64,000 bases of DNA from Nannocystis bainbridge (GCF_028368995.1 NZ_JAQNDL010000005.1:1-64000), one strand, 5' to 3'. Positions 51,140 through 61,572 are shown, counted from the first letter of the stretch. Numbers and translations: made by a program. The notes: generated by a model not told the origin, from the sequence alone.

Positions 51140-52888
51140 GTGTCGATCGGCAGCCTGATCGTCCTCCTCGTCGCCGTCGCCGTCGTCGCGCTCGACGTCG
51201 CCGTCGCCTCGCCGTGGACCGGCCTGCTCGTCGTGCTCGGCATGGGCATCGTCACCCTCGCCGTCGCCGAGCAGGTGCGACAGATGATCGCCGCCCACCG
51301 TAAAGACGCCAACCTCGGCGGCGTGCTGTGGTTCGAGGTCGCCCTGTTCCTCGCGCTGCTCGGGTTCTTCCTCGCCCGCGCCGTGATCCTCGGCGACGCC
51401 TTCGACGGCCCGCTGACCGCCCGCCGCCTGGCCGCCGCCGAGACCTACGACCTCGTGTTCACCACCCTCGCCGCGCTCGCCGGCGCCCTGGTGATCGCGC
51501 CCGAGCGGACCGGACGTGTTCTTTTGAACATGTCCCAGCGGCCAGCCATGATGCTGATCGGCAGCTTCGCCGCCCTGATCACGCTCGGCAGCCTGCTGCT
51601 CACCTTGCCGGTCTCGCTGACGGACGCGGCCCACACCTCGTACGTCGACTCGCTGTTCACCATGGCCAGCGCGGTGTGCGTCACCGGCCTCGCGGTCAAC
51701 GACCTCGGCGCGACCTACAGCCTGTTCGGCCAGGGCGTGATCCTCACCGGCGTCCAGCTCGGCGGCATCGGCATCATGACGGTGGCCGCCCTGGCGCTGG
51801 CGTTCAACAACAACAGCTCGCTGCAGAGCCAGCTGCGCTACGCCGCCATGCTCGACGCCCGCACCGTCGCCGATCTGCGCAAGATCGTCGTCGGCATCCT
51901 CGCCGGCACCTTCATCGTCGAGGCCATCGGCGCCTTCCTGCTGTGGCTCATGCTCGCCGGCGACCCGCGGATCGGCGACGCCTCGGCGCTGTGGACGGCC
52001 GTGTTCCACGCGGTGTCGTCGTTCTGCAACGCCGGCTTCGCGCTGTTCCCGGGCGGCATGGGGGCGTTCGTCGGCGACCTCGGCGTCCAGGTCGTGGTCA
52101 TGACGCTGATGATCCTCGGCGGCCTCGGCTTCCCGGTCCTCGTCGAGCTGGTCCGCCACGGCTGGCGCCGCACCGTCCGCCTGGTGCGGCCCAGCACCCC
52201 GGCGCCGCCGCGGCTGTCGCTCGCCACCCGCGTGGTGCTTTCGACGACCCTGGCGCTGATCGTCGCCGGCACCGTCGCAGTGCTCGCGCTCGAGTTCGGC
52301 TCGGGGCTCGCGCCCGCGGGCGAGCACGGGATCTTCCACCGCCTGTGGTCGGCGCTGTTCATCTCCGCCAACACCCGCAGCGGCGGCCTCGACACCGTCG
52401 GCGTCGGGGCCATGCGCGACGCCACGCTGCTGGTCCTGTGCGTGCTGATGTTCATCGGCGGCGCCCCGGCGTCGACCGCCGGCGGCATCAAGACCACCAC
52501 CTTCGCCACCGTCGTCGCCACCCTGCGCGCGGAGCTGCGCGGCCGCGAACCCGAGCTCGGCGGTCGCGCCCTCTCGCCCGAGGTCGTGCGCAAGGCCACC
52601 GCCGTGCTGGTGATGATGAGCGGCCTGCTGATGGCGTTCATCCTCCTGCTCAGCCTCACCGAGGACCTGCCGTTCCTCCACGTCGCCTTCGAGGCCGTGT
52701 CGGCCCTCGCCACCGTCGGCCTCTCGACCGGCATCACCGGCTCCTTCTCCGTCGCCGGCAAGCTGATCCTGACCGCCGCGATGTTCCTCGGCCGCGTCGG
52801 CCCCTTCACCATCGCGCTCGCCGTCGCCGACCGAGCCGCCGCCCACTCGCGCCACCGCCTCGCCCGCGAGGACCTCCCGGTCGGGTAA
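51140..52888 (+). CDS. trkH: Trk/Ktr potassium uptake membrane subunit, copy 2 (tandem duplicate)
   Basis: Same 1749-bp length and motifs as copy 1. Confidence 0.92.
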   Translation: MSIGSLIVLLVAVAVVALDVAVASPWTGLLVVLGMGIVTLAVAEQVRQMIAAHRKDANLGGVLWFEVALFLALLGFFLARAVILGDAFDGPLTARRLAAAETYDLVFTTLAALAGALVIAPERTGRVLLNMSQRPAMMLIGSFAALITLGSLLLTLPVSLTDAAHTSYVDSLFTMASAVCVTGLAVNDLGATYSLFGQGVILTGVQLGGIGIMTVAALALAFNNNSSLQSQLRYAAMLDARTVADLRKIVVGILAGTFIVEAIGAFLLWLMLAGDPRIGDASALWTAVFHAVSSFCNAGFALFPGGMGAFVGDLGVQVVVMTLMILGGLGFPVLVELVRHGWRRTVRLVRPSTPAPPRLSLATRVVLSTTLALIVAGTVAVLALEFGSGLAPAGEHGIFHRLWSALFISANTRSGGLDTVGVGAMRDATLLVLCVLMFIGGAPASTAGGIKTTTFATVVATLRAELRGREPELGGRALSPEVVRKATAVLVMMSGLLMAFILLLSLTEDLPFLHVAFEAVSALATVGLSTGITGSFSVAGKLILTAAMFLGRVGPFTIALAVADRAAAHSRHRLAREDLPVG

Positions 52889-52897
52889 GCTGTCGCC

Positions 52898-53347
52898 ATG
52901 GCACAGAGCCGCTACCTCATCATCGGCCTCGGTCGCTTCGGCGCCGCCCTGGCCGAATCGCTCGCCGAGCAGGGCGCCGAAGTCATCGCCGTCGACCGCG
53001 ACATGGCCATGGTCGACGCCGTCAAGAAGAAGGTCGCCTACGCGATCGAGCTCGACGCCACCGACCCGCAGGCGCTGCTGTCCATCGACCCGCTCAAGTG
53101 CCGGGCCGCGATCGTCGCCATCGGCGAGAACTTCGAGGCCACCGTGCTCACCCTCGCCGCCCTCAAGGAGGTCGGCGTGCGCGACATCGTCGCCCGCTCC
53201 CGCTCCGCCCGCGAGTCGCGCATCCTCCAGGCCGTCGGCGCGACCCAGGTGATCGAGCTCGAGTACGAGATGGGCCGCACCTTCGGCAAGCGCCTGATCG
53301 GCAGCGCCGAGGCCCAGCCCGCCCTCGGCCAGGCGCTCAAGCCCTGA
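52898..53347 (+). CDS. trkA: TrkA/KtrA RCK-N NAD-binding subunit
   Basis: IIGLGRFG, DATD, IVAIGE; RCK-C absent. Confidence 0.9.
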   Translation: MAQSRYLIIGLGRFGAALAESLAEQGAEVIAVDRDMAMVDAVKKKVAYAIELDATDPQALLSIDPLKCRAAIVAIGENFEATVLTLAALKEVGVRDIVARSRSARESRILQAVGATQVIELEYEMGRTFGKRLIGSAEAQPALGQALKP

Positions 53348-53428
53348 CTCTCGGTACATGTCCGATCGGGCCTGTCCGAAAGGGCATGCCTATCGGGACA
53401 TGTCGATATGTACATGTCACCGAGGACA
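53345..53428. repeat. Array of six 14-bp palindromic units starting on the trkA stop codon
   Basis: Units start at 53345, 53359, 53373, 53387, 53401, 53415. Confidence 0.92.
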
Positions 53429-53555
53429 TGTACGACCGCGCCCCGAGCATCACGCCGGCCGAGCGCCCCGCGACCGCTTAAACGACCAGCGGCCCGACGC
53501 CGGAGCGACGGACCGCGCGAGGAGCGTTGAGGAGCCGCCCCCGGTCTTCGATCGT

Positions 53556-53804
53556 TCACGCGGTCATCGCGGCGACCGGAGCGACGGTCGCGGCCTGACG
53601 CGGGGAGGTGTCACCGAGACCGGGGCGGGCGCCCGCGTCGCGGATCCAGCGGATATTGTGCTTGATGATGCGCCGCTTGAGCGCGTGCCGGGTGATACCG
53701 AGCAGTTTTGCTGCCTCGACGATGCTGCCCGCGGTGTGGAGGGCGGTCTCGCAAAGGAGGCGTTCGGCGGCGGTGAGGTTGTAGGTGTCGAGGACGATCT
53801 GCAT
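53556..53804 (-). CDS. Small stand-alone Fis-family HTH protein
   Basis: LTAAERLLCETALHTAGSIVEAAKLLGITRHALKRRIIKHNI. Confidence 0.8.
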   Translation of the reverse strand: MQIVLDTYNLTAAERLLCETALHTAGSIVEAAKLLGITRHALKRRIIKHNIRWIRDAGARPGLGDTSPRQAATVAPVAAMTA

Positions 53805-54283
53805 GACGACAACCTAGAACATCCCCTTGATCCATCGGAGACCAAGCGCGCGGCGCCGGGACAGCGACCGGCTTGTGCTCCGTGCGTCGCGCGGCATGTG
53901 GCCGCGTACTCGTGGGCACCGGCGGAGACATGCGCGACGGCGAGCACGCCGCCCCGCCTTCACGACTCGCAGCAGCACGGCCACCGCAGCCAAACGCGGC
54001 GCTTCGGCTCGCCTCACGTCCGTGGTCGCGGTCCTCGCCGTCGATCGCTGCGACGTGGGGTCGCCGCGAGCTCGCGGCGTTATCCGATCCGGATCAACAC
54101 CGCCGATCGATCGACGCTCTCGCGGGTGACGACCGCGGCGCAGGCTGCTCCGATCGCGGCGAACGCCACGCCGACGCCACCACGAGCAGCACCTCGCTGA
54201 AGTCCTCTCGCGTCACCGCGACCCATCGATCTGCAGGCGCGGAGAGGACGGCGCCCGATCGGCTTTCGCAGCGCCCCGGCCGC

Positions 54284-55294
54284 TCACGCGCGCGGCCCGA
54301 CCGGCGGCTCGTCGCTCGCCGGCGGCGAACCCGAGCCGCGGCGGATCAGCACCGCCAGCGCCACCCCGCCGACCAACTCGCCGTACCACAGCGTGCACGC
54401 GCGGATGAGGATCGTCGACGCCAGCGCGATCGGCTGCGTCACCCCGTGGGCCAGCCGCGCCACCAGCACCGTCAGCGAGCCCTCCGTCGCGCCGAGCCCG
54501 CCCGGCAGGAAGCTCAGCGCGCCGATCAGCGTCGTCGTCGCCCACAAGAAGATGCACAGCGGCAGGCTCGCCTCGACCCCGGGGAAGCCGTGGAGGATCA
54601 GCCAGTAGCCGACGCACTCGAGGCCCCAGCCGACCACGCTGATCACGCTCAGCACCAGCAGCGCTCGCAGCCGCAGCACCGCCGCGCTGCTCTCGACCAG
54701 GCCCTCGGCGCGCGCGACCAGCCCGCGCAGCCGCGGCAGTCGGCCGAGCAGCGCCAGCAGCCCGCGACACAGGCGCGGGCTGCCGAGCACGACCACGCCC
54801 GCGACCACCAGCGCGAGCGTGACGATCGCTACCGGCAGGTACTCACGGTGCTCGGCGATGCCGACGAGGCTCAGCACCACGAGCGCGACGAGGTCGGTCA
54901 GGCGATCGGCGACGACGATCGGCGCGGTGCGGGTGAACGGCACCCCGTCGGTCTCGCGCAGCAGATAGCTGCGCAGCACCTCGCCGATCTTGCCCGGCGT
55001 CACCGACATGCTGAGGCCCGCGAGGTAGACCAGCAGCGAGCGGCTGTACGTGAGCCCGGGCGCCGACCCGGGCCCCTCGCCGCGGACCGCGAGCCAGCCG
55101 AGGCACAGCTCCCACTTCAAGAAGCGCAGCAGGTAGTTGACGCTCGACAGCGCCAGCGCCACCAGCACCATCGACCATGTATATTCGGACATGGCCTCTC
55201 GGACACGTCCGGCGTCGACCCACAGCACCGCCGCCACGTAGACCAGCACGCCGAGCGCGACGCCGACGAGGGCGCGGCGGACGAAGCGGCTCAC
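54284..55294 (-). CDS. Lysylphosphatidylglycerol synthase TM-region (flippase-like) protein
   Basis: NYLLRFLKW, TPGKIGEVLRS, DRLTD, PGGLGATE; GTG start inferred. Confidence 0.85.
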   Translation of the reverse strand: MSRFVRRALVGVALGVLVYVAAVLWVDAGRVREAMSEYTWSMVLVALALSSVNYLLRFLKWELCLGWLAVRGEGPGSAPGLTYSRSLLVYLAGLSMSVTPGKIGEVLRSYLLRETDGVPFTRTAPIVVADRLTDLVALVVLSLVGIAEHREYLPVAIVTLALVVAGVVVLGSPRLCRGLLALLGRLPRLRGLVARAEGLVESSAAVLRLRALLVLSVISVVGWGLECVGYWLILHGFPGVEASLPLCIFLWATTTLIGALSFLPGGLGATEGSLTVLVARLAHGVTQPIALASTILIRACTLWYGELVGGVALAVLIRRGSGSPPASDEPPVGPRA

Positions 55295-55415
55295 GCGAGC
55301 TCCGGGGGTCGGTGCGGCATGGGCGGCGAGGATAGCGGCCCCGGCGGGCCAGACAAAGCCGTGAGGCGCGGGCGCCGACTTGCGCGCGGGCGGCGAGGCG
55401 GGCAGCATCGCGGCG

Positions 55416-56270
55416 ATGACCAGCGGAGGCAACGACGAGGTGCTGTGGCTCGGGCGCGCCCGGGCGCCCGGAGCGGCAGGTGCGCGGACGGTGCGAGTGC
55501 GGACGCGCGGCGCTGCGCCGGGTCCGAACGACGTCGCCGAGGAGATCGACGATCCGTTCGCCGACGACGACGGCGATCCGTGGCAGCAGACCGCGGACGC
55601 GCGCGCCGGCTCGCAGCAGCAGGTCGGCGCGCTGGAGCTGCTCGCGCCGGCGCGGCCCAGCAAGGTGATCTGCGTCGGTCGCAACTTCCGCGCTCACGCG
55701 GCCGAGCTCGGCAACGAGGTCCCGACCGAGCCGCTGCTGTTCTTCAAGCCGCCGAGCTGCCTCGTGCCCGCGGGCCAGACCGTGCAGCTGCCCCGCGGCT
55801 ACGAGCGCATCGACATGGAGAGCGAGCTGGTCGTGGTCGTCGGCCGCAAGGCCAGCCACGTCGCCGCCGACCGGGCCCTCGAGCACGTCGCCGGCTGGCT
55901 CGTCGGCAACGACGTCTCGAACCGCGACCTGCAGAAGCGCGACAAGCAGTGGACCCGCGCCAAGGGCTTCGACGGCTTCGGCCCGCTCGCCGCCTGGATC
56001 CGCCTCACCCCGCCCGGCTTCGCGCCGCCGGCCCAGGCCCGGATCCGCGGCTGGCTCAACGGACAGGCCAAACAATCCGCACCGCTCGCCGACATGGTGT
56101 TCGACGTGCCGTTTCTGCTGGCATACATCAGCGCCTGCATGACGCTGATGCCGGGCGACCTGATCTTCACCGGCACGCCCGAGGGCGTCGCGGCGCTCCA
56201 GCCCGGCGACTCGGCCGAGGTCGCCCTCGAGGGCTTCGAGCTGGCCCCGCTCGTCACCCCGTTCGCCTGA
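55416..56270 (+). CDS. Fumarylacetoacetate hydrolase family protein
   Basis: CVGRNF, FFKPPS, ESEL, NDVS, KGFD, GDLIFTGTP. Confidence 0.92.
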   Translation: MTSGGNDEVLWLGRARAPGAAGARTVRVRTRGAAPGPNDVAEEIDDPFADDDGDPWQQTADARAGSQQQVGALELLAPARPSKVICVGRNFRAHAAELGNEVPTEPLLFFKPPSCLVPAGQTVQLPRGYERIDMESELVVVVGRKASHVAADRALEHVAGWLVGNDVSNRDLQKRDKQWTRAKGFDGFGPLAAWIRLTPPGFAPPAQARIRGWLNGQAKQSAPLADMVFDVPFLLAYISACMTLMPGDLIFTGTPEGVAALQPGDSAEVALEGFELAPLVTPFA

Positions 56271-56274
56271 ACCC

Positions 56275-56676
56275 TCACCGCTTGCCCGGCCCCGCCAGCG
56301 TCGCGATCTGCTCGCACGTCAGCTTGCAGGTCTCGCGGTCGGTCTTGCGCAACGAGGTGTCGGTGTAGCAATCGTCGAGGCACGCCGACAGGTGCTCGAG
56401 CGTCGCCGGAGCCGGCGCATGGACGATGCGCTCGGCCCGGCGCGCGCACGCCTGCAGGCACATGTCGCGACCGGCGCCCCGGTTGTGACAGGACGCCATG
56501 CAGCGGGCCACCTTGACCACGCCGCCGTCATATTCGCGCTCGCGCTCCCGCGTCGACACCGACGGCGCCGTACTCGGCGCCCGCGCGGCATCTTCGGCCG
56601 CATCGGCGCGCGGCGCGGCGACGAAGGGGACGAGCAGCAATGCCAGGAGCGATGCGGTGATCGATGCAGTTCGCAT
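56275..56676 (-). CDS. Small secreted Cys-rich (CxxxC repeat) protein
   Basis: Signal peptide MRTASITASLLALLLVPF; four CxxxC pairs. Confidence 0.7.
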   Translation of the reverse strand: MRTASITASLLALLLVPFVAAPRADAAEDAARAPSTAPSVSTREREREYDGGVVKVARCMASCHNRGAGRDMCLQACARRAERIVHAPAPATLEHLSACLDDCYTDTSLRKTDRETCKLTCEQIATLAGPGKR

Positions 56677-56986
56677 ATCCTCGGGGGTAGCGCGGGTGCT
56701 GTGTGCCGCAATGCGACTCGCAGCACGCAGCGGCGAAAGCACCGCGGACGCGCAGCCGCGACGCATCATACGGCCGCGCTCGATTGTGCACACGCCACGC
56801 GCGCCGGCGAATCGCGGCCCGACAGGGGCCTCGGCCGCGAGCGCAGCAATTATCGAGCCATTCCGACTGTGATCATTGCCCGATCGCGGCCAAAAGGCCC
56901 CTGCGCGCGGGCCCCGGCCGCGAACGCGCGCGGCGCTCGCGGGACGGTGCCCACAATCGCCGCGCGCTCGCTTTCGTCGACTGCCA

Positions 56987-57958
56987 TCAATCGGCGGCTT
57001 CGCCGTCGAGCTCGGCCAGATGCGCGCGCGAGTGCGCGAGCGCCTCGGCGTGGCCGGTCCGCAGCGCCCATTCGGCGGCCACCACCGCCCACGCGGCCCA
57101 CCGCTCGCCCGCGTGCTCGATGAGCCCCGGCCAGGTCACCCCGCCGGCCGCCGCGAAGCGCTCGACCAGCCGCTCCAACGCGTCGCGCCCGAAGCAGCCG
57201 AGGAACATCGCCATGTCGGTCGCCGGGTCGTCGATCCGCGCCTCGGTCCAGTCGAGCACGCCAATTACGCGCCCGTCGTCGGCGAGCAACATGTGGCCCG
57301 GGTGCAGGTCGCCGTGGACCAGCGCGGTGTGGGTGGGCCACAGCGCGTCGCTCTCCAACCACCGATGCCAGCGCGCCCACATCCGCGGCGACGGCTGCAG
57401 CGCCTCGCGCGTGGCCGTCATCGCCGCCGCCAGCTTGGCCCGCGTCGCCGCGAGCGTCCACGTCGGCACGCCCTGCGACGCCGCCGAGGTCGGGGCGATC
57501 GCCTGCAGCGCCGCCAGCACGTGCGCCATCGACTCGACGAACACCGGCGACGGAGCCGCCGGATCGATGATGTTCCACTGCGGGCCCGCGGGCGTGACCG
57601 CGACCGCCGGGACGCCGGCGATCCGCGGATAGGCGATGACCTCGGGCGCGTGGACCCGCCAGTCCGGCACCGCCACCGGCAACTGCTCGCCGACCAGCGC
57701 CAGCACCCTGGCCTCGACGCTCGCCGCGGCCACCACGTCGGCCCGCCGCGGCGCCCGCACGATCCACGGCGCCCTCGCGGCGTCGGTGCCGTGCGCGACC
57801 ACGAAATCGAGGCCGGTGTTCTCGAGCGCCTCGCTCGCGGCCTCCAGCACCAGCCCGTGACGCCGGGCCCGCGCCAGCAACTCGGCGACGGTGTCGGGCG
57901 GGGCGGTGAAGGCTGGGGCGGAAGACGACTCGTTCAAAGAAATGGACTTTTCAGACAT
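56987..57958 (-). CDS. mph: Macrolide 2'-phosphotransferase-like (APH family)
   Basis: GLDF, WIVRAPRRADV, VPDWRV, HGDLHPGH, LDWTEA are characteristic of Mph enzymes. Confidence 0.8.
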   Translation of the reverse strand: MSEKSISLNESSSAPAFTAPPDTVAELLARARRHGLVLEAASEALENTGLDFVVAHGTDAARAPWIVRAPRRADVVAAASVEARVLALVGEQLPVAVPDWRVHAPEVIAYPRIAGVPAVAVTPAGPQWNIIDPAAPSPVFVESMAHVLAALQAIAPTSAASQGVPTWTLAATRAKLAAAMTATREALQPSPRMWARWHRWLESDALWPTHTALVHGDLHPGHMLLADDGRVIGVLDWTEARIDDPATDMAMFLGCFGRDALERLVERFAAAGGVTWPGLIEHAGERWAAWAVVAAEWALRTGHAEALAHSRAHLAELDGEAAD

Positions 57959-58389
57959 GTTCGAAGATTCCTGTGCTCTCGGACAGGTGATCCGACGAGC
58001 GCGAGGAGGCCGCGAGAGCCGGTCGCGAGGCGACCGAGGTGCGCGCGGTCCTCCGGGTCAACGGGAGGGTCAAGCGCGACCACGCCGCGACGCCGATGCA
58101 CGCGCCGCAGAGCCGGCGCACACACGGGCGGCGGCGGTGCTCAGCGCAGGCGGATGAACGCGAACATGGGCCGAGCTTCGCACCGCCACGGCGACCCGCG
58201 CAAGCCCCGAATGAACCGCCGCGTGCCGCGAACCCCGGCGCCGGCCAAACAGCCCCGTGGCGCACCGGAGGCCGATTTGCGGCGCACCGCCATCGGCCGG
58301 CCTCATGCGGCGGACCGCGCAGCGGAGCCGGCCCGGCTCTCCGCCCCGCGTGACCGTCGCCTGCGCGATTGGAGTACCCTCGCGCGGCT

Positions 58390-60495
58390 GTGACCGCTCC
58401 AGCCCGCACTCCCGCCTCCTCCGTGCTGTTCGCCGTGGCGATCGGGCTCGGCGCGTTCCTGCTGTTCCTCGTCCAGTTCATCCTCGGCAAGCAGCTGCTC
58501 CCCTGGTTCGGCGGCGCGCCGGCGGTGTGGACCACCTGCATGCTGTTCTTCCAGCTGCTGCTGCTCGGCGGCTACGGCTACGCCCACCTGCTCGCCGACC
58601 GCTTCACGCCGGCGCGCCAGCGCGACATTCACCTCGCCGCTCTCGGCCTCGCCGCCGTGCTGCTGCTCGTGCGGGCCTTCGTGTGGCCGGCCCCGATCAG
58701 CCCCTCCGACGCCTGGAAGCCGGACGCCGAGGCCAGCCCGATCCTCGCCATCCTCGGCCTCCTCGCCTTCACCGTCGGCCTGCCCTTCCTCGTGCTCGCC
58801 GCCACCGGCCCGCTGCTGCAGAGCTGGTTCGCCCGCGTGCGCCCCGGCGTCTCGCCCTACCGCCTGTACGCGCTGTCGAACCTCGGCTCGCTGCTCGGCA
58901 TGTTCTCGTACCCGTTCGCGCTCGAGCCCGCGCTGCCGATCGCCGGTCAGGGCTGGGTGTGGTCGATCGGCTTCTTCGTGTTCGCCGGCGTGTGCGCGGC
59001 CTGTGCCGTGCTCGCCGGCTCGGCGCCCGCGATCGCCAGGCCTTCGGGACATGTCGTTTCGGACAGCAAACCCGCGGCCGGCAGGAAGCTGCTGTGGTTC
59101 GCCCTGGCGACCATCCCCTCGACCATGCTGCTGGCGACCACCAGCCAGATCAGCCAGGAGGTCGCCGTCATCCCGTTCCTGTGGATGTTGCCGCTCGCGC
59201 TCTACCTGCTGAGCTTCATCCTCTGCTTCGAGTACGAGCGCAGCTACGTGCGCGCGCTGTGGCTGCCGCTGCTCGTCATCGGCGCCGGCGGGGCCACCTA
59301 CGCCCTGTACGCCGGGGTCTACGCCGGCATGGTCCTGCAGCTCGTCATCTACCTCGTGACCCTGCTGGCCTACTGCATGGTCTGCCACGGCGAGCTGGTG
59401 CGGCAGAAGCCTGACCCGAAGTACCTGACGCAATTCTACCTGATCGTCTCCGCCGGCGGCGCGGCCGGGGGGATCTTCACGGGCGTGGTCGCGCCGCTCC
59501 TCTTCCCCGAGTTCTGGGAGCTGCCGATCGCGCTGTTCGTCGGCTTCGCGCTGGCGATGTACGTGCTGTACCGCGGCGCCTGGCCGCAGCGGCTGTGGCT
59601 GTCGGCCCTGTCGGCCTTCGGCGTGCTCGTCGGCTCGCTCGCGCTCGCGGGCGCGCTCGTCCATCACATGCGCGAGCAGCTCGACGACAACATGTTCGTC
59701 ACCCGGAACTTCTTCGGCGTCCTGCGCGTCGACCGGGCGAGCGGCGGAAACCTCGCGTACACGCGCCTGCGCCACGGCCGGATCACCCACGGCATCCAGT
59801 TCGAGGGCGAGCCGCTGAGCTCGGTCCCGACGAGCTACTACGGGCAGACCAGCGGCGTCGGCCTCGCGGTCGAGAAGCACCCGCGGCGGCTCGCCGGCGA
59901 GAAGCTGCACATCGGCGTCGTCGGCCTCGGCGCCGGCACGATGGCCACTTACGGGCGCGAGGGCGATCGCGTGCGCTTCTACGAGATCAACCCGGCCGTG
60001 GTCGCGCTGTCGACCGGCGACGAGCCCTACTTCACGTACTTGCAGCAGAGCGACGGCGAGGTCGCGGTGGTCGTCGGCGACGCCCGCGTCGCGCTCGAGC
60101 GCGAGCAGCCGCAGGGCTTCGACGTGCTCGCCATCGACGCTTTCAGCAGCGACTCGATCCCCGCGCACCTGCTCACGGTCGAGGCCGTCGAGCTCTACTT
60201 CCGCCACCTGCGCGAGGGCGGCCTGCTCGCGGTCCACATCTCCAACCGCTACCTCGACCTCGACCCGGTCGTGCGCGGGATCGGCGAGAAGCTCGGCCTC
60301 CACGTCGAGTACGTCGAGGACCTCGAGAACGACGAGGTCGTGTGGCAGAGCGACTGGATGCTGTTGGCCCGGCGCGACAGCGACATGAACAGCCCCGACC
60401 TCGTCGACGCGCTCGCGCCCAAGATCGACCCCGATGCGCCCTATCCGCTGTGGACCGACGCGTACAGCAACCTGCTGCAGGTGCTGAAGCGTTGA
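58390..60495 (+). CDS. Fused MFS/spermidine synthase-like methyltransferase
   Basis: Multi-TM N-terminus (LPWFGG, YALSNLGS, CHGEL); GLGAGT, EINP, DAFSSD; start approximate. Confidence 0.9.
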   Translation: MTAPARTPASSVLFAVAIGLGAFLLFLVQFILGKQLLPWFGGAPAVWTTCMLFFQLLLLGGYGYAHLLADRFTPARQRDIHLAALGLAAVLLLVRAFVWPAPISPSDAWKPDAEASPILAILGLLAFTVGLPFLVLAATGPLLQSWFARVRPGVSPYRLYALSNLGSLLGMFSYPFALEPALPIAGQGWVWSIGFFVFAGVCAACAVLAGSAPAIARPSGHVVSDSKPAAGRKLLWFALATIPSTMLLATTSQISQEVAVIPFLWMLPLALYLLSFILCFEYERSYVRALWLPLLVIGAGGATYALYAGVYAGMVLQLVIYLVTLLAYCMVCHGELVRQKPDPKYLTQFYLIVSAGGAAGGIFTGVVAPLLFPEFWELPIALFVGFALAMYVLYRGAWPQRLWLSALSAFGVLVGSLALAGALVHHMREQLDDNMFVTRNFFGVLRVDRASGGNLAYTRLRHGRITHGIQFEGEPLSSVPTSYYGQTSGVGLAVEKHPRRLAGEKLHIGVVGLGAGTMATYGREGDRVRFYEINPAVVALSTGDEPYFTYLQQSDGEVAVVVGDARVALEREQPQGFDVLAIDAFSSDSIPAHLLTVEAVELYFRHLREGGLLAVHISNRYLDLDPVVRGIGEKLGLHVEYVEDLENDEVVWQSDWMLLARRDSDMNSPDLVDALAPKIDPDAPYPLWTDAYSNLLQVLKR

Positions 60496-60777
60496 GCGGC
60501 GCGATCATTCGCTGAGCACGCGGGCCGCCTGACAATTCGCGGGGCCCGCGATACACACTGCGCCGATTCGCGCCCCTGGCACGACATCGCGCATTCGAAT
60601 GATCCGCACCGGATAAGCCACAAATGACATAAGGCGCGTTCACACGGGCGCCCGTCCGCGCGTGAATAGGGCCTGGGGGCCGGCGTCGCAGCGGCCCCCC
60701 GAACAGCGTCTATCAGCGGCCGCGCTCGCTCCTGCTCCTTTGCGGGCCTGCCGCTGGTTGACGAGAGGAAGAAAGCC

Positions 60778-61572
60778 ATGCAAAAGCTCCACCCCATGAA
60801 ATGGCTTACGCGTCATGTGCCGTCGCTGCTCGCGGCGGTCACCGTCGTCGTCGGCGCAGCGCACGTCGCTCGCGCCCAAGAGCCCGCCGCCGCCGGCGTC
60901 GAGGCCGACGCTGCGAAGATCCGCCAGCTCGTGTTCGACATGGAGAAGGCGTTCGAGCAGGTCCACGACTACACCACAACCATGTACAAGCAAGAGCGCG
61001 TCAAGGGCCGCTTGATGCCGCGCGAAGAGATCGAGGTCAAGTTCCGCAAGCCGCTCGCCCTCTACCTCAAGTGGACCGGCGAGGTGAACCAGACCCGCGA
61101 GGTCATCTACGTCAAGGGCTGGAACGACGACAAGATCCGGGCCCACAAGGGCTCCTTCCCGGACATGACGGTCAACCTGCGTCCCGACTCGAGCATGGCG
61201 ATGCAGGGCAACCGTCACCAGATCACCGAGGCCCACTTCGGCCACGCGATCGGCCTCATCGCCCGCGACGCGCGGCTCAGCGAGTCGCGCCCGCAGGACG
61301 GCGTCCGTTACCTCGACCACGGCGAGAAGGTCGTCCACGGCGCCCGCAGCCGCTGCATCGAGGCCCGCACCCCCGCGGGCGGCGTGTTCACCGTCTACTA
61401 CGCCGCGCGCGCCAAGGTCTGCTTCGACCTCAAGACGAAGATGCCGACGCGGATCCAGGTCTGGGACGCCGACGGCGACCTGCTCGAGGACTACGGCTTC
61501 CAGGGCACCAAGCTCAACGTCGGCCTCGCCGACGCGGACTTCGACCCGGCCAACGAAGCGTATAACTTCTGA
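60778..61572 (+). CDS. DUF1571-like (LolA-fold) exported protein
   Basis: DYT..KQERV, KFRKPLALYLKW, LLEDYGF, DFDPAN. Confidence 0.8.
   Translation: MQKLHPMKWLTRHVPSLLAAVTVVVGAAHVARAQEPAAAGVEADAAKIRQLVFDMEKAFEQVHDYTTTMYKQERVKGRLMPREEIEVKFRKPLALYLKWTGEVNQTREVIYVKGWNDDKIRAHKGSFPDMTVNLRPDSSMAMQGNRHQITEAHFGHAIGLIARDARLSESRPQDGVRYLDHGEKVVHGARSRCIEARTPAGGVFTVYYAARAKVCFDLKTKMPTRIQVWDADGDLLEDYGFQGTKLNVGLADADFDPANEAYNF

Noticed and set aside
60577-60593. sigma54 promoter TGGCACG upstream of the DUF1571-like gene
   Set aside because: The -12 GC is not at the required spacing.
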